A DNA stretch of 64,000 nt from Chthoniobacteraceae bacterium. Its GTDB lineage: Bacteria; Verrucomicrobiota; Verrucomicrobiia; Chthoniobacterales; Chthoniobacteraceae. The translations under genes were made by a program, and so were the position numbers. The stretch spans positions 32,001 through 96,000 of the forward strand of contig JANNXQ010000195.1 in the NCBI GenBank assembly GCA_031409655.1. The letters run 5' to 3'. Below, piece after piece: positions 35,904 to 43,855 of this stretch; the first letter of the stretch is position 1, and each line of letters starts with the position of its first letter. Below the pieces are notes generated by a model. That model made no database searches. It was not told the DNA's origin and saw only the letters and a program-made list of their open reading frames with translations.

Positions 35904-37534
35904 GAATGCGCACTTCAGCGAATCTCGCGAATGGCCGTGAAAGGAAGAGTGCGTCGTGCGCGGAACTCCGGGGAGCATACGCGTCCCGCGTGTTGGTTTC
36001 GGCGTCCCGCCGAAACGGACTTCCCTCCGCGCTCTGCCAGATGGGGGTTCTCGCGGAGACCGTGCGCGGGTGGAAAGTTCGTCGCGGCGGGACGCCGCGA
36101 CCAACACGCGAGACGCGTATGCTCCCCGGAGTTCCGCGCCCCACGCCCCCTCTGGTCCGAGCCTCCGTGCTCATCGTCGTTCTTTGGGCGACGCTCGGGT
36201 TGGTCAGCGTGGCGCTTCTTTTCGGACATTCCATGACGATGACTTATCGCGGTGCGGACAATGAACTCGCCGGACGCCAGGCCGCGCAGGCGATCGACGG
36301 AGCCGCGCGTTACGCCGAGACGCTGCTGAAAAATGCCGTGATCCCCGGTGTCCTTCCGGAAGCCGCCGAATATCTCAGCGATACGATCCCGGTGGGTGAG
36401 GCGACCTTCTACATGATCGGACGCAGCCTGGATCCGGGCAATGGAACGACGCGCTCCTTCGGGCTCATCGACGAGTCCGGGAAGATCGACTTGAACGTCG
36501 ATGCCACGGCTCAGGATCAAGCCAAGGCAGTCGCCGACCTCAACGCGATGCTCAAGCAACTGCCGGGGATGACGGACGAACTGGCGGATGCAATCAAGGA
36601 CTGGCAGGACGCCGACGAAGACGTCTCCGAGTCTGGTGCGGAAACCGAGACTTACTCGCGATTCACTCCCGCTTACTCCTGCAAGAATGGCCCATTCGAA
36701 TCCATCGAGGAACTCGCGCTGCTCAACGGGGCGACGCGCGAAATCCTCTACGGCGAAGACACGAATCTGAATGGCGTGCTCGACGACAATGAGAACGATG
36801 GCGATGCCTCCGAGCCAGCGGACAACGCGGACGGCAAACTCGACCTCGGAATTTTCGAATACGTTACCGTCTTCAACCGTGAATCGAACAAGTACACCAA
36901 TAGCAGTGGGACGAGCGTCGCGCGGATCGACATCAGGGACATCCCGCAAGCGACCCAGGATCTCACTACTTTGATCGACGAGAAACTCGGCAGCGGGCGC
37001 GCGCAACGCATCATCTCATTGGTGGGTGCGCAGCCGCCCTTGGATAGCGTGCTGGAGTTTTACCTCCGCTGCAAAGGGAGCGCGGGCGTGCTTGCGGAAG
37101 ATGAGTTTGGTCTGCTGGTCGATGCCCTCACCACGACGACCGGGGAATATCGATCCGGGCTCATCAATGTGAACACTGCGAGTGAGGCCGTGCTCACTTG
37201 CCTTCCAGGGATTGGCGACAAGGCGGCGGATGTTGTTTCCAAACGGCTGAGTCGGGTCACGCAGGATACAAATATCGCGTGGATCGTCGAGGTCATCGGG
37301 GATCCGGGCGCTAAACTCGCGGGGCCGCACATCACCGGATACTCTTCGCAAGTCACGGCCGACATCGCCGCCGTCGGACGGAAGGGGCGCGGCTATCGTC
37401 GTGAGAAGGTGGTCATCGACCAGAGCACGGGGACGCCGCGGATCGTCTATCGGCGGAATCTCGCGCCGCTCGGGTGGGCGCTGGGCAGCGAAATCCGCGA
37501 GGAACTCGCGCAACTCAAGGAGCAGGCGCAATGA
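35900..37534 (+). CDS. gspK: Minor pseudopilin GspK-like with a REP element in the leader (alternative start 36119)
   Basis: RASVLIVVLW, DESGKIDLN, AIKDWQDAD, KNGPFESIEEL, INVNTA, LPGIG; ATGA overlap with gspJ. Confidence 0.85.
   Translation: MRMRTSANLANGRERKSASCAELRGAYASRVLVSASRRNGLPSALCQMGVLAETVRGWKVRRGGTPRPTRETRMLPGVPRPTPPLVRASVLIVVLWATLGLVSVALLFGHSMTMTYRGADNELAGRQAAQAIDGAARYAETLLKNAVIPGVLPEAAEYLSDTIPVGEATFYMIGRSLDPGNGTTRSFGLIDESGKIDLNVDATAQDQAKAVADLNAMLKQLPGMTDELADAIKDWQDADEDVSESGAETETYSRFTPAYSCKNGPFESIEELALLNGATREILYGEDTNLNGVLDDNENDGDASEPADNADGKLDLGIFEYVTVFNRESNKYTNSSGTSVARIDIRDIPQATQDLTTLIDEKLGSGRAQRIISLVGAQPPLDSVLEFYLRCKGSAGVLAEDEFGLLVDALTTTTGEYRSGLINVNTASEAVLTCLPGIGDKAADVVSKRLSRVTQDTNIAWIVEVIGDPGAKLAGPHITGYSSQVTADIAAVGRKGRGYRREKVVIDQSTGTPRIVYRRNLAPLGWALGSEIREELAQLKEQAQ
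35958..36139. repeat. REP-like palindromic element (long inverted arms), in-frame in the gspK leader
   Basis: Left arm GCGCGGAACTCCGGGGAGCATACGCGTCCCGCGTGTTGGTTTCGGCGTCCCGCCG... is nearly the reverse complement of the right arm ending ...ATGCTCCCCGGAGTTCCGCGC. Confidence 0.9.
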
Positions 37535-38943
37535 ACTTCTCGCTCGAAGATTTGAAGAAGCGTCTGCAAGTGCGTTCGGTGCTCGCCTTGAGCATCGAGT
37601 CCGGGCGCATCGCGGTCGCCGTCGTGCGCCATGATGCCGGCCGCCAGCGCGTGTTGCGTTCCTTTGCTCTCTCGACGGGCGCGGACGGGCTGCTCGCTGA
37701 TCCGGAAAAGGCGGGGCGTGATCTAGCCGCGCATCTCGACACGGCTGGCGTGAAGGAAAGGCGCAGCGTCGTCTGCATTCCAGCGAGTTGGGCACTCATC
37801 GCGACCACCGACGTGCCCGCGATGGCGGAGGACGAATTGCGCGGCTACCTCGAACTGCGGGCGGAGCGCGAGTTCCCGATTCCCGTGGCCGATCTGCGGA
37901 TCGCGCACTGTGGCTACGCGCTGCCGGATGGCGCGCAACGCGCGACCGTCGCCGGCTTGCCCGCGAAGCGCATGGAAGCCGTGGAGCGTTTCCTCGCGGC
38001 AGCGGGTTGTCGTGCTGCCTCCGTGTCTCTGGGACTCGATGGCTGCGTGCCGCGCGAACCCGCCGAGGCGGCGCTGCACTTCATCGCGAATGGGACGCAT
38101 GTCGATCTCGTGATCGCCGCCGGCGGCGGCATTGCGGCGGTGCGCACCCTACCCGGGGCTGGGGGAGCGAGCGCGCTGCCCTTCGATGCGGAAGGCTTTT
38201 CGCGGGAAGTCCGCATCACCCTTGGGCGTCTGCCAGAAGCGGTCCGCCAGCAGGTGCGCGAGGCCCGTTTCGGCGGCACGCCCGCGACGGCCGAGGAACT
38301 CTGCATCGAGATCCGCCAGCAGCTCCGGCGCATGGGCATCGACAGCCGGCTCGAGCGCCCGGAGCCGGCCGACGCAGATCAACCCGGTGCGGCGATCGAA
38401 GCCGCGGGCCAATTTTTCCGGCACGCACCTGCAGCCTTCGAATTCCTCGCGCCGCAAGTCAGCCGCTGGCAGACGGTCTTTCGCCAGTTTGACGATCGCC
38501 GTCGTCGCTGGGTCGTCGCGGCGCTGATCGCGGCGATCGTTCTCCCGGTGGTTGTCTATTTCATCCGCTCGCGCATCGAGAGCAGCCGGGCGGCGGCGTG
38601 GCGCGGGATGAGCGCAAATGTCGCGGAACTCGAGGAGATCCAAGGGCGCATCCGGCAGTTCCGCCCGTGGTTTGAGCCAGCGCCGCAAGCTTTGCAGGCG
38701 ATCGAAAGTGTCATCTCGGCATTTCCTGAAGGCGGCGAAGTCTGGGCGAAGAGCGTGCAACTCAGTGACGTGAATAAGGTGACGTGCAGCGGCTTTGCGA
38801 AAAACCAGCCGGCGCTCATGGCCACCCTCGATCGGCTCCGGAAAGGACCCAGCGCCAGCGAGGTGCAGGTGCAGCAAGTGCGCGGCGAAAATCCGATCCA
38901 GTTTTCTTTCACCTACAAATGGACTCCCCGCGATGCAAAGTAA
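37531..38943 (+). CDS. GspL / PilM-PilN-like assembly protein
   Basis: Actin-like cytoplasmic region (VLALSIE), single TM (WVVAALIAAIVLPVVVYF), coiled coil, PilN-like ferredoxin domain; position in operon. Confidence 0.7.
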   Translation: MNFSLEDLKKRLQVRSVLALSIESGRIAVAVVRHDAGRQRVLRSFALSTGADGLLADPEKAGRDLAAHLDTAGVKERRSVVCIPASWALIATTDVPAMAEDELRGYLELRAEREFPIPVADLRIAHCGYALPDGAQRATVAGLPAKRMEAVERFLAAAGCRAASVSLGLDGCVPREPAEAALHFIANGTHVDLVIAAGGGIAAVRTLPGAGGASALPFDAEGFSREVRITLGRLPEAVRQQVREARFGGTPATAEELCIEIRQQLRRMGIDSRLERPEPADADQPGAAIEAAGQFFRHAPAAFEFLAPQVSRWQTVFRQFDDRRRRWVVAALIAAIVLPVVVYFIRSRIESSRAAAWRGMSANVAELEEIQGRIRQFRPWFEPAPQALQAIESVISAFPEGGEVWAKSVQLSDVNKVTCSGFAKNQPALMATLDRLRKGPSASEVQVQQVRGENPIQFSFTYKWTPRDAK

Positions 38944-39475
38944 GAACCGCGAGACATTCCTAAAGATCGGCGTTGGCGTGGTGGTCGGCCTCTTCCTGCT
39001 CGATCGAGTGGTGCTCGGGCCGGGCATCGAGAGCTGGAAGGCGCAGGGTGAGCGGCTCGCGGAACTCAAAGTGAAAGTGGAGCGCGGCCGGCAATTACTG
39101 GAGCGCGAGAAGTCGATTCGCGGACGTTGGAACGAAATGCAGCGCACCGATTTGCCCGAGGATGATTCGCTGGCGGAGAACGAAGTCTTCACTTCCATCG
39201 CGCGCTGGGCCAGCGCGAGCCGCGTGGGCATCACGAATCTCACGCCGCATCGCGGAAATCACGATGGTAGCTACGACACCTTTGAATGGCGCGCCTCGGC
39301 AACCGGCGATCAGGCCGCACTCGGCCGCTTGATCTATGAGATCGAAAGTGACGGGCTGCCAGTTCGGGTCGAAGAGTGTGAGATGAACACGCGCGACACC
39401 AAAGGCCAGCAGCTTGGGCTCTCCCTGCGGTTCAGTGCCGTGCGCATTAATGAAGCGAAAAGGAGTGCGCGATGA
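38933..39475 (+). CDS. GspM / PilO-like protein
   Basis: MQSKNRE + TM + coiled coil + ferredoxin-like C-terminus; position in operon. Confidence 0.65.
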   Translation: MQSKNRETFLKIGVGVVVGLFLLDRVVLGPGIESWKAQGERLAELKVKVERGRQLLEREKSIRGRWNEMQRTDLPEDDSLAENEVFTSIARWASASRVGITNLTPHRGNHDGSYDTFEWRASATGDQAALGRLIYEIESDGLPVRVEECEMNTRDTKGQQLGLSLRFSAVRINEAKRSAR

Positions 39476-40038
39476 AGAAGCTGATCGCCCTCTTCCTGCT
39501 GCTCGCGCCGACGTTCACTCAAGCGGCGGAAAAGCCCGCGGGCTACGACACCTTTCAGCTCATCCGCACACGCCCGATCTTCGATCCAAATCGCAAGCCG
39601 CCGAAGAAGGAGTCCGACCAGCCGCGCGCGGTGACCCCGTCCCGGCCGAAGTCGGTGCATCTCGCGCTCACGGGGACGATGGTCACGGAGGCGCGGAAGC
39701 TCGCGTTTTTCACCGGCTCGCGTTCCGAGTTTAATAAGATCGTCAGCGTGGGGGAGAAGCTCGGGGACTACACCGTCGCGACGATTACGGCCAGCGAGGT
39801 GAAATTGGACCAGGCGGGCAAGCCGACCGTGGTCACCATGGGCAAGCGTCTGCAGCTCGAAGGCACGGAAGCAGACGCCGTGGAACCTGAGCCCGCGCCC
39901 GCTGCACCGGCGGGCACCAGCGCCACGCCCGCGGCTGATGGCAGTGCCGCGCCCGCCGCCAGTCCACCGAGCGGCGGGAGCCCGAGCGACATTTTGAAAC
40001 GCATGATGGAACGCCGCGCCAAGGAGATAAAAAAATGA
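39472..40038 (+). CDS. GspC / PilP-like protein
   Basis: Signal, RPIFDP, LTGTM...AFF, VGEKLGDYTV..I...V.L (HR-domain-like); directly upstream of the secretin. Confidence 0.6.
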   Translation: MKKLIALFLLLAPTFTQAAEKPAGYDTFQLIRTRPIFDPNRKPPKKESDQPRAVTPSRPKSVHLALTGTMVTEARKLAFFTGSRSEFNKIVSVGEKLGDYTVATITASEVKLDQAGKPTVVTMGKRLQLEGTEADAVEPEPAPAAPAGTSATPAADGSAAPAASPPSGGSPSDILKRMMERRAKEIKK

Positions 40039-41684
40039 AAGACCCTCTAGCCATGAAACAAATCCACCCACACCGCTATCATGGATCGGAAGGCCGCACC
40101 CTATTTCTCCTCCTCCTCACGGCGCTGCTCGCCTGGACGCAGCCCGTCCAAGCGCAGGCGCCGCCGTTGCCGACTGCCCCAGACCCGAAGCCAAGTTTTG
40201 AAGTCGATCCACTCCGGGCACCTTCGAAGGCGATGCCCGTCCGCTCGGCGGTGGGTGCCGCGGCGGTGACCCCGCCGCAACCGAAGCAGGAGATCATGCT
40301 CAACTTCCAGGGAGCCTCGCTCAGCGACGTGCTCAACTATCTGAGTGAGGCGGCGGGTTTCGTCATCATCCAGGAGGCGCCGCTGACTGGCACGGTGAAC
40401 ATCGTCAGCCGTCAGCCCATCGGTCCGGAGGAGGCGGTCGATCTCCTCAATACGGTGCTCGTGGAGAAAGGCTTCATCGCCATCCGCAACGGCCGCATTT
40501 TGAAAATCGTGAACCGCAAAGATGCGCAGAAGCGCGACCTGCCAGTGCAGACCGGGAGCGACCCGGAGAAGATCCCGCGCAAGGATGAGATGGTGACGCA
40601 GATCCTGCCGCTGCGTTTCGGCGACGCGGCGAAGCTCGTGGAAAATCTCAAGCCGCTGTTACCCGATACCGCGACCATTAGCTCGAACGAAGGCAGTAAC
40701 GCGATCTTGATGACTGATACGCAGACCAATATCCGGCGTATCGCCGAGATCATCAAAGCGATCGACACCTCAGTAGCCAGCATCTCGACGATCAAGGTCT
40801 ATCCGCTGCAGTTTGCAAATGCGAAGGAGCTGGCCACGGTGGTGACGCAGCTCTTCCAGACGAATGCGACGAGCGGCAGCAGCCGGAGCCGCGACCGCGG
40901 GAGTAGTGGATTTCCGTTTCCCTTTCCTGGCAGTGATCGTGGCGGGGACCGAGGTGGCTCCAGTGGCGGGGACAGTGAAGCCCGCCAGGCGGGGTCGCGG
41001 GTCCTCGCGGTCGCGGACGATCAGAGTAATTCACTCATCGTCAGTGCGCCGGAGGATGTGATCCCGTCGATCACCGAGATCGTGACGCGGATCGACACGA
41101 GCATCACGGCAGTGACGGAGACGCGCATCTTCACTTTGAAACATGCCGATGCCACCGAGTTGGCGGAGATCCTGACCAATCTGTACAGCGACACTGGCAG
41201 CCAAAGTAATCGCAGCAGCAGCTCCAGTCGGGGCGGCAGAGATAGCGGCTCCAGTGGCGGGCCCGGTTTTCCGTTTGGAATGTTTGGTGGCGGATCGTCT
41301 TCGTCGCGATCGAGTTCCAGTGGCGACCAGAGCCAGCGTTCGCTCCAAGAGTCGAAGGTCGTGGCCGTGGGTGATCCGCGCACGAACTCCGTGCTCGTGA
41401 TCGCCGCGCGCGACACCCTCATGGAGATCGCCGAGATGATCGGGCGGCTCGATGCCACCGATGCCAAGAAGCAGCGCGTCTTCGTGCATTCCCTCGAACA
41501 CGCCGACGCCGAGAGCGTCGCCAATGTCCTGCGCGGCATGCTCGGCGATCAGACGGCGACGCAGAGTTCAGCGCAGAGCGGGGCCGCGCGACTGACCGAG
41601 CGCAGCGCGAACGGTGCGGCCATGGAATCGTCCTCCCAAGGAGTCGGCAGCGCGGGCGGAGGGCGCTCCTCCGGCGGACGATGA
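40035..41684 (+). CDS. gspD: Secretin N-terminal half (N0 + three N repeats + first half of last N domain)
   Basis: Signal peptide; LNFQGASL (N0); PLRFGDA, PLQFANA, LKHADA, LEHADA repeats; no secretin barrel. Confidence 0.85.
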   Translation: MKDPLAMKQIHPHRYHGSEGRTLFLLLLTALLAWTQPVQAQAPPLPTAPDPKPSFEVDPLRAPSKAMPVRSAVGAAAVTPPQPKQEIMLNFQGASLSDVLNYLSEAAGFVIIQEAPLTGTVNIVSRQPIGPEEAVDLLNTVLVEKGFIAIRNGRILKIVNRKDAQKRDLPVQTGSDPEKIPRKDEMVTQILPLRFGDAAKLVENLKPLLPDTATISSNEGSNAILMTDTQTNIRRIAEIIKAIDTSVASISTIKVYPLQFANAKELATVVTQLFQTNATSGSSRSRDRGSSGFPFPFPGSDRGGDRGGSSGGDSEARQAGSRVLAVADDQSNSLIVSAPEDVIPSITEIVTRIDTSITAVTETRIFTLKHADATELAEILTNLYSDTGSQSNRSSSSSRGGRDSGSSGGPGFPFGMFGGGSSSSRSSSSGDQSQRSLQESKVVAVGDPRTNSVLVIAARDTLMEIAEMIGRLDATDAKKQRVFVHSLEHADAESVANVLRGMLGDQTATQSSAQSGAARLTERSANGAAMESSSQGVGSAGGGRSSGGR

Positions 41685-43120
41685 ATCCAAACCTGATCAC
41701 TCCCATGCCCAAAAATTTCTCTCTCATTGCCGCTCTGTGCTTTCTGCACGTCTTCGCGCTCCTCGCTCCGCAGCTCAGCGCGCAAGTGAGCCGCGCCGGC
41801 AGTTCCGGGCGCACGACTTCGAGCTCACGGAGCAGTACGGGACGCTCGGTTTCATCCTCTGGCAGTCGCAGCAGCACCGGACAGCGCCAGTATCGCAGTA
41901 ATACCGAGCTCGGCGACGCGATGATCACCATCGATCCCGAGACGCGTTCGCTCGTCATCGTGACCGATGAAGACACGCACAACGAGATGTTGAACGTGAT
42001 CAAGACGCTCGATAAGCCCAAGCCGCAGGTGCTCATCAAAGTCGTCTTTCTGGAAGTAACGTATAACAAGGGTTCCGACATCGGCGTCGAAGGCACCTAC
42101 ACCTTCAATCTTGAAGGAGGGAAGACTGCGACCACGGGAACGCGCACCACCACGAATACCCAGGTCTCCGGCACGAAAACGACGACCACCTCGCTCGCGG
42201 AAACGCTGGGCTCCGCTGCCGCGCTCGGGCGGGCGGTCACCGGTGGGAGTGGATTCAATATTCCCGTCGCGGGCGTGAACGCGACGGGACTCATCGTGCG
42301 GGCGATCGGTGACGATTTCTCCGCGACCGTCCGGGCGCTTTCGACGCAGGGTAAGGTCGAGGTGCTCTCGCGGCCTTCCATTATGGCGCGGAATAATCAG
42401 GAGGCCGTCATTGTGGTCGGTTCCGAGATCCCATTCATCACCAACAGCCGGATCGACAATACCGGCAATACCATCAACACCGTCACCTATGACGATATTG
42501 GCATTATCCTCCGTGTTACTCCCTTCATTACTTCCGAAGGCACCGTGGAGATGATCGTCGCACCGGAGATTTCCTCGCTCACCGATCAGACCGTGCCGAT
42601 CTCCAATACGGTGAACTCTCCGGTGATCTCGAAGCGCTCTGCGGAAACCGTCGTGGTCACGCCGAATGGCAAGACCGTGGTCATCGGTGGCCTCATGCAG
42701 ACCCAGCGGATCGATTCCGTGCAAAAAATTCCGATCCTCGGTGATATTCCGATTCTCGGTTTCCCTTTCCGCCGCACCATCAAGAGCGACGAGAAGAAGG
42801 AACTCATGATTTTCCTCACGCCCACCATCGTCAGCGACCCCCGCGAGGTCGATGCGGTGAATGTGGACGAACTCGGAAAGACGGAACTCGTGGATCGGGC
42901 GTTTTCGGAAAAGGAAAAGTCGAAATTCCTCCAAGGCCTGCCCCTCATGCCGGAACCGGAATATGAGCCGGAGATAACGCCGGCTCCGCGAGCCACTGCC
43001 GTGCGGCGGACCTCCCCGAGTAAGTTGCCGACGGTGAAAGCGAGCAAGCCTGCTCCCGCTTCCGAGCCTGACGTGCGCAAGCCCGCGGCTGTCATTCGCG
43101 CCAAAGCCACGCCATTCTAA
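41681..43120 (+). CDS. gspD: Secretin C-terminal half (second half of last N domain + secretin barrel)
   Basis: Own signal peptide; IDPETRSLVI, LDKPKPQVLIK, LSRPSI..NNQEA.IVVG, GIILRVTP, VIGGL, KIPILGDIPILG. Confidence 0.9.
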   Translation: MNPNLITPMPKNFSLIAALCFLHVFALLAPQLSAQVSRAGSSGRTTSSSRSSTGRSVSSSGSRSSTGQRQYRSNTELGDAMITIDPETRSLVIVTDEDTHNEMLNVIKTLDKPKPQVLIKVVFLEVTYNKGSDIGVEGTYTFNLEGGKTATTGTRTTTNTQVSGTKTTTTSLAETLGSAAALGRAVTGGSGFNIPVAGVNATGLIVRAIGDDFSATVRALSTQGKVEVLSRPSIMARNNQEAVIVVGSEIPFITNSRIDNTGNTINTVTYDDIGIILRVTPFITSEGTVEMIVAPEISSLTDQTVPISNTVNSPVISKRSAETVVVTPNGKTVVIGGLMQTQRIDSVQKIPILGDIPILGFPFRRTIKSDEKKELMIFLTPTIVSDPREVDAVNVDELGKTELVDRAFSEKEKSKFLQGLPLMPEPEYEPEITPAPRATAVRRTSPSKLPTVKASKPAPASEPDVRKPAAVIRAKATPF

Positions 43121-43140
43121 AGCCCTAAACCAACGATCCT

Positions 43141-43803
43141 ATGAATACGAATTCGTCTCTTTCCCGGCGTCATTTCCTCTCAGGTGTCGGCGGTGCTGCC
43201 GCACTTTTTGCGGTGCCCGGCGCGTTTGCGGAGGCACTCGTCCAGACTCCGCGTCAAACCGAGGGTCCTTTCTATCCCGACAAGCTTCCGCTCGATACGG
43301 ACAATGACCTGCTGATTCTAAACGATGCTCTCACCTCCGCGGTTGGTGAGGTGGCTTACTTGAGTGGGCGGATTCTCAGTCCGAGCGGTGAACCGGTGCG
43401 CAACGCGGTGGTCGAGATCTGGCAGTGCGACGCGAGCGGCGTCTATATTCACAGCAAGTCCGGCGGGTCGGCCGCGAAGCGGGACGCGAGTTTTCAGGGC
43501 TTCGGTCGCTTCGTCACGGGGAGCACAGGGGAGTATCTTTTCCGCACGATCAAGCCCGTGCCTTACGTCCCGCGCACTCCGCATATTCACTTCAAAGTCA
43601 AAGCGCGGGGGAAAGAGCTGCTCACGACGCAATGCTATATCAAAGGTCATCCGGGTAATGAAAAAGATGGCCTCTGGAAGAGGACGGGTGACGAGAAGAT
43701 GCGGAGCTTGGTGACGGTGGACTTCGCCCCGCTGCCAGGAGCGAAGGCTGGAGAACTTGCCGCGCGGTTCGATCTGGTCCTTGGCGTGACGCCGGAGGCT
43801 TGA
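43141..43803 (+). CDS. Tat-exported intradiol ring-cleavage dioxygenase family protein
   Basis: SRRHFL Tat motif; EGPFY, EIWQCDASGVY, TIKPVPY..RTPHIH (Tyr/Tyr/His/His ligands present). Confidence 0.88.
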   Translation: MNTNSSLSRRHFLSGVGGAAALFAVPGAFAEALVQTPRQTEGPFYPDKLPLDTDNDLLILNDALTSAVGEVAYLSGRILSPSGEPVRNAVVEIWQCDASGVYIHSKSGGSAAKRDASFQGFGRFVTGSTGEYLFRTIKPVPYVPRTPHIHFKVKARGKELLTTQCYIKGHPGNEKDGLWKRTGDEKMRSLVTVDFAPLPGAKAGELAARFDLVLGVTPEA

Positions 43804-43855
43804 ACGGCACGGAAGGCAGCCCCTGAGCGGCGCTAGTCCGGAAGTAGTCAGGCTG

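Noticed and set aside
41600..41800. Secretin split as a simple frameshift pseudogene
   Set aside because: The second ORF has its own hydrophobic signal peptide and an ATGA coupling; read support is still worth checking
36700..43800. Apparent lower GC in parts of gspK, the secretin genes and the pot genes as horizontal transfer
   Set aside because: Visual impression only, not computed; no mobility genes or boundary repeats
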